This document shows, in pieces, positions 1 to 9,806 of a stretch of 64,000 bases of DNA. The number at the start of each line of letters is the position of its first letter. Position 1 is the first letter of the stretch. A program made the position numbers and the translations under genes. The notes under the pieces are model-generated. The model searched no databases and was not told where the DNA came from. It saw only the letters and a program-made list of their open reading frames with translations. This stretch comes from an uncultured Anaerolineaceae bacterium (GTDB lineage Bacteria; Chloroflexota; Limnocylindria; Limnocylindrales; CSP1-4). Where the stretch lies: NCBI GenBank assembly GCA_964427285.1, contig CAYRTS010000008.1:7469-71468 (forward strand), given 5' to 3'.

Positions 1-15
1 GGAGGCTCTTGTCTG

Positions 16-1662
16 ATGCCCCTTGAGTCGCTCATCACGGGCCGCATTGCCACGCTCGCGGGGGCGGCCGGTTTCGGATGGGTAGAGGCGATCGGGATCC
101 GCGACGGTCGGGTCGCGTTTGCCGGCACGGAGGTCGACCTCGAGACACGCGCCGACGCCCACACCCGACGGATCGCCCTTGAGCCGGACGAGGTGGCCGT
201 CCCGGGACTGACCGATGCCCACTTGCATTTGGCCCAGTGCGCTGTCGCGAAGCAGCAGGTTGACCTCTCCGGGGCGGCGACCCTGGCCGACGGACTGGCG
301 GCGATCCGGGCAGCTCATGACGGCCTCGCCGCTGAGGCCTGGTTGGAGGGGCACGGCTGGGATTCGGATCGATGGGGCCGCTGGCCGACGGCAGATGACC
401 TGGAGTCGGTGGCGCCGGGCCGTCGGTGTGCCCTGTGGGCGCACGACCACCACGCGTTGCTCGCCAGTCGCGCGGCGCTTCGCACGGGCGGGGTGCATGG
501 GGCGATGTCCGATCCCGCGGGTGGCGTCATTCGGCGCGACGTCAGGGGAGATCCGGAGGGTGTCCTGCACGAAGCGGCAGCGAGGTTGGTCTCGGTGCAC
601 GTCCCGACCATGTCCGTGGCGGATCTGGCCAGCGGGATTGCAGGGGTGGCGCGAGAGTTGCTCTCGTTGGGAGTGGTGGCCGTCCATGACCCAGGCGGTC
701 TCATCCCGGAACCGGATCTTGACTGGTCCTTCCCGGCCTACCGGCAGCTGGCGGACGCCGGACGGCTGCCGTTGCGCGTCCACGTGTCGCTTCGCGACGA
801 CGCGCTGGAGACCGCGATTGCGCTGGGTCTGCGCAGTGGCGCCGTGATCGGTGACGACCCGCGGAGCATGGCCCGGGTCGGCTGGCTGAAGTGCTTTGCC
901 GACGGCTCACTCGGCTCGCGCACCGCGGCCCTGCTGGAGGACTTCGAGGTCGAACCGGACCGCCCGTTACCGCCCGAACGTCGGCGGGGCGTCTGGATCA
1001 CCGAGCCCGCCGCGCTTGCCGCGCTCGCAGAGCGGGCCGCTGGCGCCGGGATCGCCACCCAGATCCACGCGATCGGGGACGCGGCGGTTCGCGCGGCACT
1101 TGAGGCCCTGGCCGCAACCGCCTCCCGGGTTCCGTTGATGCCGCGGGTGGAGCACGTGCAGCTGCTAGACCCCGCGGATCGAGGCCTGTTCGTCGCGGCC
1201 GGAGTTGGCGCGAGCGTCCAGCCATTCCACGTTGGCACGGACGCGGCCCAGGCCCGGATGCTGTGGGGAGCGCGCGCCGAAGCGCATGGCTACACCTGGG
1301 CCTCGATCGCGGCGACCGGGGCGGTCCTCGCGTTCGGCACGGACGCCCCTGTCGAATCCCTGGACCCGTGGCCTGGTCTCGCGTTGGCCGTCCGACGCCA
1401 GGATCCACGTTGGCCGGCGGGGACGCCACCATTCGGAGCCCACGAGGCGCTCAGGCTGGACCGGGCACTGCGGGCGGCGTGCGTCGATCCGGCCCTGCTG
1501 GCCGGGGAACTTGATCGCGGCCGGCTGACCGTGGGCCAGCGGGCGGACCTGGCGGTCATCCCAGCCGCCGCGTTGCGTGAACCCGTCGAGCCGGGTGGGG
1601 CGCTGGCGTCGACCCGACCCAGCCTGGTCATCCTCAACGGGCAGGTCGTCTTCGAGCACTGA
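16..1662 (+). CDS. Amidohydrolase-superfamily metal-dependent hydrolase (YtcJ-like)
   Basis: 548-aa ORF. N-terminal metal-ligand motif PGLTDAHLHL. C-terminal FGTDAPVE segment is typical of the amidohydrolase-3 family. Confidence 0.7.
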   Translation: MPLESLITGRIATLAGAAGFGWVEAIGIRDGRVAFAGTEVDLETRADAHTRRIALEPDEVAVPGLTDAHLHLAQCAVAKQQVDLSGAATLADGLAAIRAAHDGLAAEAWLEGHGWDSDRWGRWPTADDLESVAPGRRCALWAHDHHALLASRAALRTGGVHGAMSDPAGGVIRRDVRGDPEGVLHEAAARLVSVHVPTMSVADLASGIAGVARELLSLGVVAVHDPGGLIPEPDLDWSFPAYRQLADAGRLPLRVHVSLRDDALETAIALGLRSGAVIGDDPRSMARVGWLKCFADGSLGSRTAALLEDFEVEPDRPLPPERRRGVWITEPAALAALAERAAGAGIATQIHAIGDAAVRAALEALAATASRVPLMPRVEHVQLLDPADRGLFVAAGVGASVQPFHVGTDAAQARMLWGARAEAHGYTWASIAATGAVLAFGTDAPVESLDPWPGLALAVRRQDPRWPAGTPPFGAHEALRLDRALRAACVDPALLAGELDRGRLTVGQRADLAVIPAAALREPVEPGGALASTRPSLVILNGQVVFEH

Positions 1663-1679
1663 CCGTCTACGACGTCGTC

Positions 1680-3101
1680 CTACGACGTCGTAGCAATCGT
1701 GGGCTGCGACCCGCCCCGGGACGCCGGACTCCCAGGGCCCAGCTGCCGTCGAGCGTCGGCAAACAGCCCGTTGAAGATCCGCGACGTGGATGGGAACGCA
1801 TGGATCGTCTCGGCAAGGACATCAACGCTGACATGCGCCTTGATCGCCAGGACACACTCGTGGATCGCGGCAGAGGCGTCGGGGCAGGCCATCGCCGCGC
1901 CGACAAGCTCCCGAGTCGCCCGGTCCACGACGATCGAAACGTGACCGACCGTGGCCTGGACGGCGTATCCCCGCGCAGTCGTGGCGAACTCGGCCACGAG
2001 CTCGAAGACGTCCAGACCAGCGTCGCGGGCCTGGTCGGGCGTGAGACCAACGGAGGCCGCCTCCGGATCCATGTAGGTGGCCCGTGGCAGGGCTCGATAG
2101 TCGGGCGCAACAGGCTCACCGAGCGCCATCCGCACGGCGATCTCGCCCTGGTAGTGCGCCTGGTGCGTGTGCAGCTCCGGACCGGCGGCGTCACCGATCA
2201 CCCATAGACCGTCCGCAATCCGCAGGCGACCGTCGCGTGGGAAGGGGGTTCGACCGCTTGTGTCGATGTCGTAGTGCTCGAGCCCAAGGTCGTCGATCGG
2301 GAACGTGCGTCCGGCGGCCAGCAGGATGACGTGACCCTCTGCCGTCGAGCCGTCATCGAGATCAATCACGTGCGCGCCGCCTGCGCCTGCGCCCGCGTGG
2401 GCCCGCATGGCGCGGACGCCGGTCCGAACCGTCACGCCGTCCCGTTCAAGGGCCGCCCGGATTGTCTCCGAGTTGCGCGGGTGATCGGTTGGCGCGAGAC
2501 GAGGACCCGACTGGATGATCGTCGTGGGCACCTCGAACCGGGCGTAGACCTGGGCAAGTTCGCAGCCAGTCGGCCCGCCACCCAGGATCAACAGGCTTTT
2601 CGGAAGTTCACGAGTGAGCGTCGCATCGTGGTTGGTCCAGGTGGGAACGTCCGCGAGCCCATCGAGCCGGGGCTGCCTGGAGACCGAGCCGACGGCCACC
2701 ACGACGTTGCGCGTGTGGAGCTCATGGGTTGCCCGGTCATGCGCGACGCTGACGAGGCCACGACCGGTGATCGTGGCGGTCCCCCGGTAGACGGCGACGC
2801 CCGCGCCCTCCAGGCCACGAACGTGGCCCGCGTCGCTGGGTTCGGTGGCATCGGCGGCCCGATTGACCATGTAGTCACGCTGGTCAGAGGCGGCCGCCCA
2901 GTCGTAGCGTGCGGGATTGGCCGCATGGCGGGCCGCACCGTCAAGCAGCGACTTGGACGGCAGACAGCCCACGAATGGGCAGCTGCCACCAAACCATCGG
3001 CGGTCAATCACGGCGACCGAGGCACCGAGCTCGCGCGCCTTGTAGGCGGCCGCCTCACCGGCGGGCCCAGCGCCGATGATCACGAAGTCGTGGCTGTCCA
3101 T
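1680..3101 (-). CDS. Class I FAD-dependent pyridine nucleotide-disulfide oxidoreductase (Lpd/MerA-like)
   Basis: FAD Rossmann motif IIGAGPAGEAAA. Redox-active CxxxxC in GGSCPFVGCLPSK. Second dinucleotide fold LILGGGPTGCELA. Confidence 0.8.
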   Translation of the reverse strand: MDSHDFVIIGAGPAGEAAAYKARELGASVAVIDRRWFGGSCPFVGCLPSKSLLDGAARHAANPARYDWAAASDQRDYMVNRAADATEPSDAGHVRGLEGAGVAVYRGTATITGRGLVSVAHDRATHELHTRNVVVAVGSVSRQPRLDGLADVPTWTNHDATLTRELPKSLLILGGGPTGCELAQVYARFEVPTTIIQSGPRLAPTDHPRNSETIRAALERDGVTVRTGVRAMRAHAGAGAGGAHVIDLDDGSTAEGHVILLAAGRTFPIDDLGLEHYDIDTSGRTPFPRDGRLRIADGLWVIGDAAGPELHTHQAHYQGEIAVRMALGEPVAPDYRALPRATYMDPEAASVGLTPDQARDAGLDVFELVAEFATTARGYAVQATVGHVSIVVDRATRELVGAAMACPDASAAIHECVLAIKAHVSVDVLAETIHAFPSTSRIFNGLFADARRQLGPGSPASRGGSQPTIATTS

Positions 3102-3162
3102 TGCGTTACCCTCTCCCGCGCTCCTGGTCGTTCCGGCATTGTCGTCCCATACCGTGACCGTG

Positions 3163-3987
3163 TTACAACGCCGCTCGCTGTCTTCGCGCCTCGTAGAGCA
3201 GGATCCCTGCGCTCACGGAGACGTTGAGACTGTCGGCGACACCGAGCATCGGCAGGCGAACCGCTTCAAAGCCGGCGCCGGCCCACGCCGAAGTCAAGCC
3301 CTCGGTCTCAGTCCCCAGCGCGATCGCGATGGGGCCGGTCAGGTCGATCTCCGTGTAGAGGCGATCTGCGTCCGGACGGGCCGCCACGACGCGCAGCCCA
3401 CGGGCCCTGAGCCACGGCACGACCACTTCCGTTGTCGCGACTGCAAGGGGCACGCTGAACACGGTCCCGGCACTGGCTCGAATCGCATTCGGATTGAACG
3501 GATCGGTCCGGGCGTCGGCGAGGATCAGGGCGTCCACGCCCGCTCCATCTGCCGAGCGCAGGACGGCACCGATGTTGCCGGGCTTCTCGACCCCCTCAAT
3601 CACGACGACCAGCGGATCGGCCGCCAGGGTGAGGTTAACCAGGTCAAGCGACGGGATCGCCACGATTGCCACGATCCCATCGGCACGCTCACCGAAGGCG
3701 AGCTTGGCGAGGACGGCCTCACTGACCGAGGTAACCCTGGTGCCGGCAGCGGCGATTCGATCGAGCACGGCTCGCGCGTCGGCGCCGGCCAGCCTTGGTT
3801 CGCACAGGAACACGTCGGTCGCGATCACGCCGGCATCCAGGGCACGACGCAACTCGCGGGCGCCGTCGATCAGGGTCAGCCCAGTTCGATCTCGCTCGCG
3901 ACGGTCACGCAGGGCGATGGCCGCCCTGATCCGGGGATTGGCCGCGCTGGTCACGACCCGCCGGGGAGGGGAGGCGCCCTGACTCAT
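3163..3987 (-). CDS. TrmH/SpoU-family RNA 2'-O-methyltransferase
   Basis: SpoU motifs GNIGAVLRSADGAG, LGTETEGL and LNVSVSAGILLYE. The ORF track starts at 4005. The ATG at 3987 forms an ATGA overlap with the upstream stop (3984-3986), matching the coupling habit of this genome. Confidence 0.8.
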   Translation of the reverse strand: MSQGASPPRRVVTSAANPRIRAAIALRDRRERDRTGLTLIDGARELRRALDAGVIATDVFLCEPRLAGADARAVLDRIAAAGTRVTSVSEAVLAKLAFGERADGIVAIVAIPSLDLVNLTLAADPLVVVIEGVEKPGNIGAVLRSADGAGVDALILADARTDPFNPNAIRASAGTVFSVPLAVATTEVVVPWLRARGLRVVAARPDADRLYTEIDLTGPIAIALGTETEGLTSAWAGAGFEAVRLPMLGVADSLNVSVSAGILLYEARRQRAAL

Positions 3988-4832
3988 GCGTCGCCGCCCG
4001 GCCATCTGGCGAACGCGCCGAGATCGAGTCGACGATTGTCGTCGGTGGACAGCGCGAGCTCGCCGCGATCGAACGCGCGAGGCGGCCGCCCGAGCGCTTG
4101 CGCCAGGCCTGTAGCAAGCCGGTCACCATCGTAGCCCGGCGTATGGGCGGTGAGCAGGACGAAGCCCCCTGGTTCGAGCGCCCGCGAGGCTGCCGTGAGG
4201 AGCCCATCGAGGTGGTCCTCCAACCGCCAGGGCTGGCCGGCCGGACCGTGGCCGTAGGTCGGCGGATCCAGCACGAGCCCGGCGTACCGACGAGTTCGTC
4301 GCGTCTCGCGTTCCGTGAAGCCACGCCCGTCGTCCACGATCCAGCGGATGGGCCGGTCACCCAGCCCGGACAGTGTCGCGTTGTGGCGTGCCCAGGCGAC
4401 GGTGGGCCGCGCCGCGTCAACGTGGGTCACCGCCGCACCCGCCGCAGCCAGGGCGAGCGTCGCAAGCCCCGTGTACGCGAACAGGTGGAGCACCGTCGGC
4501 GTGCCTCCGACCTCGATCCGCTCGGCCACCTGAGTCCGCAGCCACGGGAGCATCGCGAGGTGTTCGGGGAAGAGACCCAGCTGCCCGGTCTCGGTGGGAC
4601 GTAACTCCATCACGAGCTCATCCAGCCGGATCGGCCATGCCCCATCGTGGGCGGCCGGCCCGGACCATCCGCGCTCGCGATCGAAACGCAGGTCGGCCGC
4701 AATCCATGAAGCCGGTGCCCCTCTGGCGCCGAGGGCAGCCGGGTGTGGACGGTCGACGACGCGGTTGTCGAACGCCTCGAGGCGAGCGCCGCCACCGAAG
4801 TCGACCAGACTGCATGCCCCATTGGTTTGCAC
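3984..4832 (-). CDS. Class I SAM-dependent methyltransferase (RlmI/YwbD-like)
   Basis: SAM-binding stretch LHLFAYTGLATLALAAAGA..VTHVD and LVLDPPTY motif. Sits directly upstream of, and is coupled to, the TrmH-family gene. Confidence 0.6.
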   Translation of the reverse strand: MQTNGACSLVDFGGGARLEAFDNRVVDRPHPAALGARGAPASWIAADLRFDRERGWSGPAAHDGAWPIRLDELVMELRPTETGQLGLFPEHLAMLPWLRTQVAERIEVGGTPTVLHLFAYTGLATLALAAAGAAVTHVDAARPTVAWARHNATLSGLGDRPIRWIVDDGRGFTERETRRTRRYAGLVLDPPTYGHGPAGQPWRLEDHLDGLLTAASRALEPGGFVLLTAHTPGYDGDRLATGLAQALGRPPRAFDRGELALSTDDNRRLDLGAFARWPGGDA

Positions 4833-4926
4833 CGGCGGATCATGACGGCCTCACTCGATGCAGGTTGGGTGACCGCGTCTTCAGGTTCGCCCCCCGAGCG
4901 CCTACGTTTCGACGGGTAGGGTAGGG

Positions 4927-7245
4927 TTGTGCCCGGACCGCGGGAGCCGATGCACGAATGCGGGTCGCGTCACCCGCGCTCCCCAGAGGATTTCCTCCAT
5001 ATCCGACCCAGGCGAGACCCAGGCAGCTCCTGAGCGCGCATTCCTGCCCCACGTCGAGGGCCTGCGCGCGGTCGCCGTACTCGCCGTGCTCTGGTACCAC
5101 GTGGGCCTGCCGGGGATGCCCGGCGGGTTTGTCGGGGTTGACATCTTCTTCGTCATCTCCGGCTTCCTGATCACCGGGCTCCTGCTGCGCGAACGGGAGG
5201 TCACCGGCCGGATCTCGCTGCGCCACTTCTACTCGCGGAGATTGCGCCGGATCCTGCCGGCCGTACTCGCCACGATTGTCGCCACGACGGCGATCGCCGC
5301 GCTCGTCCTGGCTCCGTTGCAGGTTCCCGGGATCGCGCTCGATGGGGCCGCGTCAGCGCTCTCGTTGGGTAACGTGCGGTTTGCGCTCGAGTCGGCGGAC
5401 TACTTCTCGGCGTCGGAGCCGTCGCCCTTCCGCCACCTGTGGTCCCTCGGCGTCGAGGAGCAGTTCTACCTCGTCTGGCCGGCGCTCCTGGCTGTAGCCC
5501 TGAGGGTCAGCCGGTCCCGTCAGTCCGTTGGGGCCCTGGTGGGCGGGCTCGCGATCGCCTCGTTCGGGTTCGGCCTGTGGTTGACGGACCTCTTCGCACC
5601 GTGGGCGTTCTATTCGCTACCGAGCCGGCTTTGGGAGCTTGCGCTGGGCGCTTTCATCGCGTTCTGCGCGGCCTGGATCGCCCGACGACCCGCACCCGTG
5701 CTCCTCGTCGTTGGCTGCCTCGGCGCGGTGCTTGTCGGCGCAGCCGTGGTCATGATCGACGGTTCCACGCCCTATCCGGGCCTGGCTGCCCTGCTGCCCA
5801 CCCTTGGGGCGGCGGCGCTGATCGTGGGCGGCGGGGTCGGCCCCGTCGGCTGGATCCTGACGCGACCGCCAGTCCGCTTTATCGGGCGGATCTCTTATTC
5901 GCTGTACCTGTGGCACTGGCCGATCCTGGTGCTGCCGGCCCTGGCGACCGCCAACTCGCTGCCACTTGAATTCCGATTGGCGCTGGGAGGCGCGTCCATC
6001 GTCGTCGCCGCCGCAAGCTGGCGTTTCATCGAGGAACCCTTCCGCCGGGGATGGCGATGGACCGGGCACCCCCGTCTGGTCGTGGCCACGACGCTGAGCA
6101 CCGCGGTAGCGGTGGCGGCCCTGGCGATCGGGATCGGGGACTTCAGCCTTGGACGGCTGGCATCGGGCGGGGCATCGGGCGTGGCATCGGGCGGAGTTGC
6201 AGCGGCCGCGCCTGTCGCCTCGGCGTCTTCAGCGTCGGGCTCAGCGGTGCCAGGTAACGAGGGCAGTCCCCAGGTCTCGGCACCCCCTCTGCCAGTGGCG
6301 TCGGCGGGTGGATCATCCGTGGCCACGGACCCCCTGGCATCCGTGGGTCCAGGCAGCTCACCGGCAGGTTCCGGCGCACCGCCATTGCTCGAGCCGACCC
6401 CCGCTCCAACCCCCGCTCCGACCCCCGCTCCGACCCTTGAGCCGACCCCGGTGCCGAACCCATGGCCGATCCCGCCGGACCTTCGACCGACCCTGGCCAC
6501 CGCCGCCAAGGACAAGGAACGGATCATCGCCGACGGCTGTTTCATGAGCCTGCGCGGCAGCCGGCCACCGGATTGCGTCTATGGCGATCCTGAAGGGCTC
6601 GTTACGGTCGCGCTCGTCGGCGACTCCCACGCGGCGCACTGGTTCCCGGCTGTGGAAGCGATTGCCAATGCCCGCGGCTGGCGGCTACTGGTCTTCGTCA
6701 AGGCCTCGTGCGTGTTCGTCGACCTGCCGATCTACTCACCGCTCCTCAAGCGCCAATACACCGAATGTGAAGCCTGGCGCCCCAACGTAGTCGACCGACT
6801 GATCGACGAACAGCCCGATCTCACCATCGTGTCGTCCGATCGCTGGTTGCCCACATCGGTCTCGCGCGATGCCGATCCGACCCGCCAGGGCGAGGCGATG
6901 GCCCGCCTGCTCAACCAGATCCCGGGTGCGATCGCGATCATCGCCGACACGCCCGCGTCCCGGGTCGACGTGCCGGTCTGCCTCTCGCAGAACGCGGCCG
7001 ATATCACTCGCTGCGCCACGACCCGGGTCGTGGCCTTTGGACGCCAGCAAGCCGTGCGCGAGCGGGTCGCGGCCCTCGCAGCCAACGCCACGTTCGTGGA
7101 TCTCTCGGACGCGATCTGCCCTGCAGAACCGTGCCAGGCAGTCGTGGCCGGGATGATCGTGCAGCGCGACGATCACCACCTGACCGCCACGTTCGCGACC
7201 TCGCTGGCGGGTGTCCTCGAATCCGCCCTCCCGATCCCGCCCTGA
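4927..7245 (+). CDS. Membrane acyltransferase-3 with C-terminal SGNH-like domain (OafA/OatA-type O-acyltransferase)
   Basis: N-terminal motifs LRAVAVLAVLWYH and GVDIFFVISGFLIT followed by multiple hydrophobic helices. Ala/Ser/Pro linker containing (TPAP)n. C-terminal VALVGDSHAAHW block. Start codon (TTG 4927) is uncertain. Confidence 0.8.
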   Translation: MCPDRGSRCTNAGRVTRAPQRISSISDPGETQAAPERAFLPHVEGLRAVAVLAVLWYHVGLPGMPGGFVGVDIFFVISGFLITGLLLREREVTGRISLRHFYSRRLRRILPAVLATIVATTAIAALVLAPLQVPGIALDGAASALSLGNVRFALESADYFSASEPSPFRHLWSLGVEEQFYLVWPALLAVALRVSRSRQSVGALVGGLAIASFGFGLWLTDLFAPWAFYSLPSRLWELALGAFIAFCAAWIARRPAPVLLVVGCLGAVLVGAAVVMIDGSTPYPGLAALLPTLGAAALIVGGGVGPVGWILTRPPVRFIGRISYSLYLWHWPILVLPALATANSLPLEFRLALGGASIVVAAASWRFIEEPFRRGWRWTGHPRLVVATTLSTAVAVAALAIGIGDFSLGRLASGGASGVASGGVAAAAPVASASSASGSAVPGNEGSPQVSAPPLPVASAGGSSVATDPLASVGPGSSPAGSGAPPLLEPTPAPTPAPTPAPTLEPTPVPNPWPIPPDLRPTLATAAKDKERIIADGCFMSLRGSRPPDCVYGDPEGLVTVALVGDSHAAHWFPAVEAIANARGWRLLVFVKASCVFVDLPIYSPLLKRQYTECEAWRPNVVDRLIDEQPDLTIVSSDRWLPTSVSRDADPTRQGEAMARLLNQIPGAIAIIADTPASRVDVPVCLSQNAADITRCATTRVVAFGRQQAVRERVAALAANATFVDLSDAICPAEPCQAVVAGMIVQRDDHHLTATFATSLAGVLESALPIPP
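6397..6456 (+). repeat. 12-bp tandem repeat (acccccgctccg; three good copies plus two degenerate) encoding the (TPAP)n linker
   Basis: Read directly from the sequence. In frame, inside the acyltransferase linker. Confidence 0.8.
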
Positions 7246-7308
7246 TCGGCGCGTCCACCTGATCGGCGCGTCCACCTGATCGGCGCGATCACCCGACCGG
7301 CGCGGTCA
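7241..7308 (+). repeat. 17-bp tandem repeat cctgatcggcgcgtcca (two perfect, one near-perfect, one degenerate copy)
   Basis: Copies at 7241-7257, 7258-7274, 7275-7291 and 7292-7308. The first copy contains the TGA stop (7243-7245) of the acyltransferase. Confidence 0.85.
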
Positions 7309-7322
7309 GCTGGCGCTGATCG

Positions 7323-7352
7323 TTGTCGCGCGGCGGCGGCCCGGGGTATGAT
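7323..7352 (+). promoter_or_regulatory. Candidate sigma-70-type promoter (TTGTCG, 18 nt, TATGAT) upstream of tRNA-Val/thrS
   Basis: Hexamers at 7323-7328 and 7347-7352. By eye this is the best -35/-10 pairing in the 216-nt spacer. Confidence 0.25.
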
Positions 7353-7461
7353 GCCGGTCGCCGCTGGCACCTCGATCCCGCGGTCACGGATTCGGCGCGG
7401 ATGTGGAACACCCGCGAGCCAACGAACCCGAGGCTTCACGGAACGGGGTACCGGCGACGTC

Positions 7462-7538
7462 GGGCGGCTAGCTCAGCTGGTTAGAGCACTTGCTTGACAT
7501 GCAAGAGGTCACTGGTTCGAGTCCAGTGTCGCCCACCA
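7462..7538 (+). tRNA. tRNA-Val (anticodon GAC), CCA encoded
   Basis: Full cloverleaf read by hand: acceptor GGGCGGC/GTCGCCC, D arm GCTC..GAGC, anticodon stem CTTGC/GCAAG with loop TTGACAT, T arm ACTGG-TTCGAGT-CCAGT, discriminator A, CCA. Confidence 0.95.
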
Positions 7539-7596
7539 CACATCAACATTGGAGGCGGGCGGACCCGCGGGATCGTCGATTCTCGGGGAGGCGCGC

Positions 7597-9432
7597 GTGA
7601 CTGACCAGCGGATCGACGAAGCCATCGAGGTCGGCTTCGAGGCACCGGAGCGCGGCTCAGCCCATGAACTGCTTGACGCCGGCGCGCACAGCGAACTCGA
7701 TGCCATGCGTCACTCAGCCGCACACGTCATGGCCGAGGCGGTTCTTGCCCTGTTTCCCGGGACCAGGCTCGGGATCGGCCCGGCCATCGCCGATGGGTTC
7801 TACTACGACTTCGCGCTGCCGCGACCGCTGACCCCGGACGATCTCGCGTCGATCGAGGCGCGGATGGCCGCCAGCGTTGCCGCCAACCACCCATTTGTCC
7901 GCCGCGAGTTGCCACCAGCGGACGGCCGCGCGTTCTTTGCCGACCAGGGTCAGCCGTTCAAGGTCGAAATCCTCGACGACCTTGCCTTCGCATCCCGGCG
8001 TGACGGAACGCCGATGCCGCCGACCTCGGTCTACGAGCATGGTTCGTTCATCGACCTCTGCAAGGGTCCCCACGTCACCTCGACCGGAGAGATCGGTCCG
8101 TTCAAGCTGCTGGCCGTTGCTGGCGCGTACTGGCGGGGCGACCAGAAGCGCGACATGCTCCAGCGCGTCTACGGCACGGTCTGGCCGTCGCAGGAGGACC
8201 TGGATCAGTACCTGTGGCGGCGCGACGAGGCGAAGAAGCGCGATCATCGCCGGCTCGGGGTTCAGTTGGACCTGTTCAGCTTTCACGACATCAGTCCCGG
8301 GGCCGCCTTCTGGCACCCGAAAGGCTGGACCCTCTACCGGACCCTGGAAAACGCCATGCGGGAACTCCAGGCGGCGCGCGGGTACCAGGAGATCTACACG
8401 CCCCCGCTGGTCCATCAGAAGCTATGGGAGCAATCCGGTCACTGGGACCTCTACCGTGACCACATGTTCCTGGTCGAGGCCGAAGAGCAGACCTTCAGCC
8501 TCAAGCCGATGAACTGCCCCGAGTCGACGTACATCTACAGGAGCCGGGTCCGCTCGTATCGGGAGCTGCCACTTCGCTTGTCGGAGTACGGGAAACTGCA
8601 CCGCAACGAGCTGTCGGGCGCCCTGTCCGGCCTGACCAGAGTCCGGCACTTCGTGACCGACGACGCGCACATCTACGTCCGACCGGATCAGATTGGCTCG
8701 GAGATCGAAGCGCTCCTTGGCGAAGTGCGCGAGTCATATTCGTGGGTTGGGTTGACCCCGCGCTTCACCTTCGGGACGCGGCCGGACAAGGCGCTTGGGG
8801 ACGCCGCGCTGTGGGACAAGGCCGAAGGCCTTATCCGCGCAGCCCTGGAGAGCTCCGGCGTCGACTATCGCGTCAAGGACAAGGACGGGGCCTTCTACGC
8901 GCCCAAGATCGACATCCAGATCGAGGATGCGCTGGGTCGCGAGTGGCAGACAGCGACGATCCAGGTGGATCTCGTGATGCTGCCAGAGCGGTTCGACCTG
9001 CACTACATCGACGAAGAAGGGCTCCAGCAGCGTCCGGTCGCCATCCATCGCGCCATCTACGGCTCCCTCGAGCGCTTCATCGGCGTGATTACCGAGCACT
9101 TTGCGGGCGCCTTCCCGTTCTGGCTGGCACCGGTCCAGGCGATGGTCATCCCGATCGCCGATCGGCACATCGAAGCGGCGAACGAGCTGGCTGCGCTGCT
9201 CCGCGCCCGGGGGCTCCGGATCGAGGTCGACGACTCCTCGAACCGGATGCAGAACAAGATCCGGCTGGCCCAGGAGCAGAAGATCCCGTACATGGTGGTG
9301 CTCGGCGATCGTGAGATCGAGGCACGAACGGCATCCCCGCGCACTCGCGCCGGCGAGCAGCAACCGGCCGAGGGGTGGGACTCCTTCGCAGATCGCCTGG
9401 CCGCCGAGTCCAAGGAGCGACGGGTCAACTAG
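7597..9432 (+). CDS. thrS: Threonine--tRNA ligase
   Basis: HSAAHVMAEAV editing-domain motif, class II core and anticodon-binding domain. A GTG at 7597 lies 5 nt after the Shine-Dalgarno (SD) sequence GGGGAGG (7585-7591). The ORF track begins at TTG 7549. Confidence 0.95.
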   Translation: MTDQRIDEAIEVGFEAPERGSAHELLDAGAHSELDAMRHSAAHVMAEAVLALFPGTRLGIGPAIADGFYYDFALPRPLTPDDLASIEARMAASVAANHPFVRRELPPADGRAFFADQGQPFKVEILDDLAFASRRDGTPMPPTSVYEHGSFIDLCKGPHVTSTGEIGPFKLLAVAGAYWRGDQKRDMLQRVYGTVWPSQEDLDQYLWRRDEAKKRDHRRLGVQLDLFSFHDISPGAAFWHPKGWTLYRTLENAMRELQAARGYQEIYTPPLVHQKLWEQSGHWDLYRDHMFLVEAEEQTFSLKPMNCPESTYIYRSRVRSYRELPLRLSEYGKLHRNELSGALSGLTRVRHFVTDDAHIYVRPDQIGSEIEALLGEVRESYSWVGLTPRFTFGTRPDKALGDAALWDKAEGLIRAALESSGVDYRVKDKDGAFYAPKIDIQIEDALGREWQTATIQVDLVMLPERFDLHYIDEEGLQQRPVAIHRAIYGSLERFIGVITEHFAGAFPFWLAPVQAMVIPIADRHIEAANELAALLRARGLRIEVDDSSNRMQNKIRLAQEQKIPYMVVLGDREIEARTASPRTRAGEQQPAEGWDSFADRLAAESKERRVN

Positions 9433-9508
9433 GGCGGGCTCGGCTCAACGCCCGGGCGCCGAGCGCCCCATGGAGTGCGGGCGCGACTGGCAGTCGACAC
9501 TGCCTGCG
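9380..9508 (+). repeat. Copy A of a dispersed direct repeat (last ~50 nt of thrS plus ~75 nt of its 3' flank)
   Basis: ccttcgcagatcgcctggccgccgagtccaaggagcga...gcgactggcagtcgacac recurs about 307 nt downstream. Confidence 0.7.
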
Positions 9509-9686
9509 TAGCACCGTCCGCTCGGTCACCTCGCCGGCCAGCCGGGACTCGCAGCTACCAATGGACGCGGGAGGTAGAGGTGCCGCCGGTCTTGACTTCG
9601 CGAAGTCGAATGGCAGTCGCGTCCGGCGCACCCGCTTCGGGGAAGGAGCCTCGTCGACCCGGTGCCACAGCCGGTCGGCGCGGTCC

Positions 9687-9806
9687 GACGCCTTCGCAGA
9701 TCGCCTGGGCCGCCGAGTCCATGGGAGCGATGCGTCGACTGGCCCCCGATCACCGCCCGAGCGCTTCAATGGACACAACCGCGACTGAGAGTCGACACGG
9801 GCAGGC
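9687..9806 (+). repeat. Copy B: decayed duplicate of the thrS 3' end and flank
   Basis: ccttcgcagatcgcctgggccgccgagtccatgggagcga...gcgactgagagtcgacac. The first ~50 nt are near-identical to copy A; the remainder aligns with indels. Confidence 0.7.

Noticed and set aside
7539-7596. T-box or other leader riboswitch upstream of the aminoacyl-tRNA synthetase genes thrS, tyrS (22211-22257) and pheS (11715-11828).
   Set aside because: The spacers are only about 50-115 nt, too short for a T-box (roughly 200+ nt). No specifier or T-box sequence was seen. Only a simple hairpin precedes pheS.
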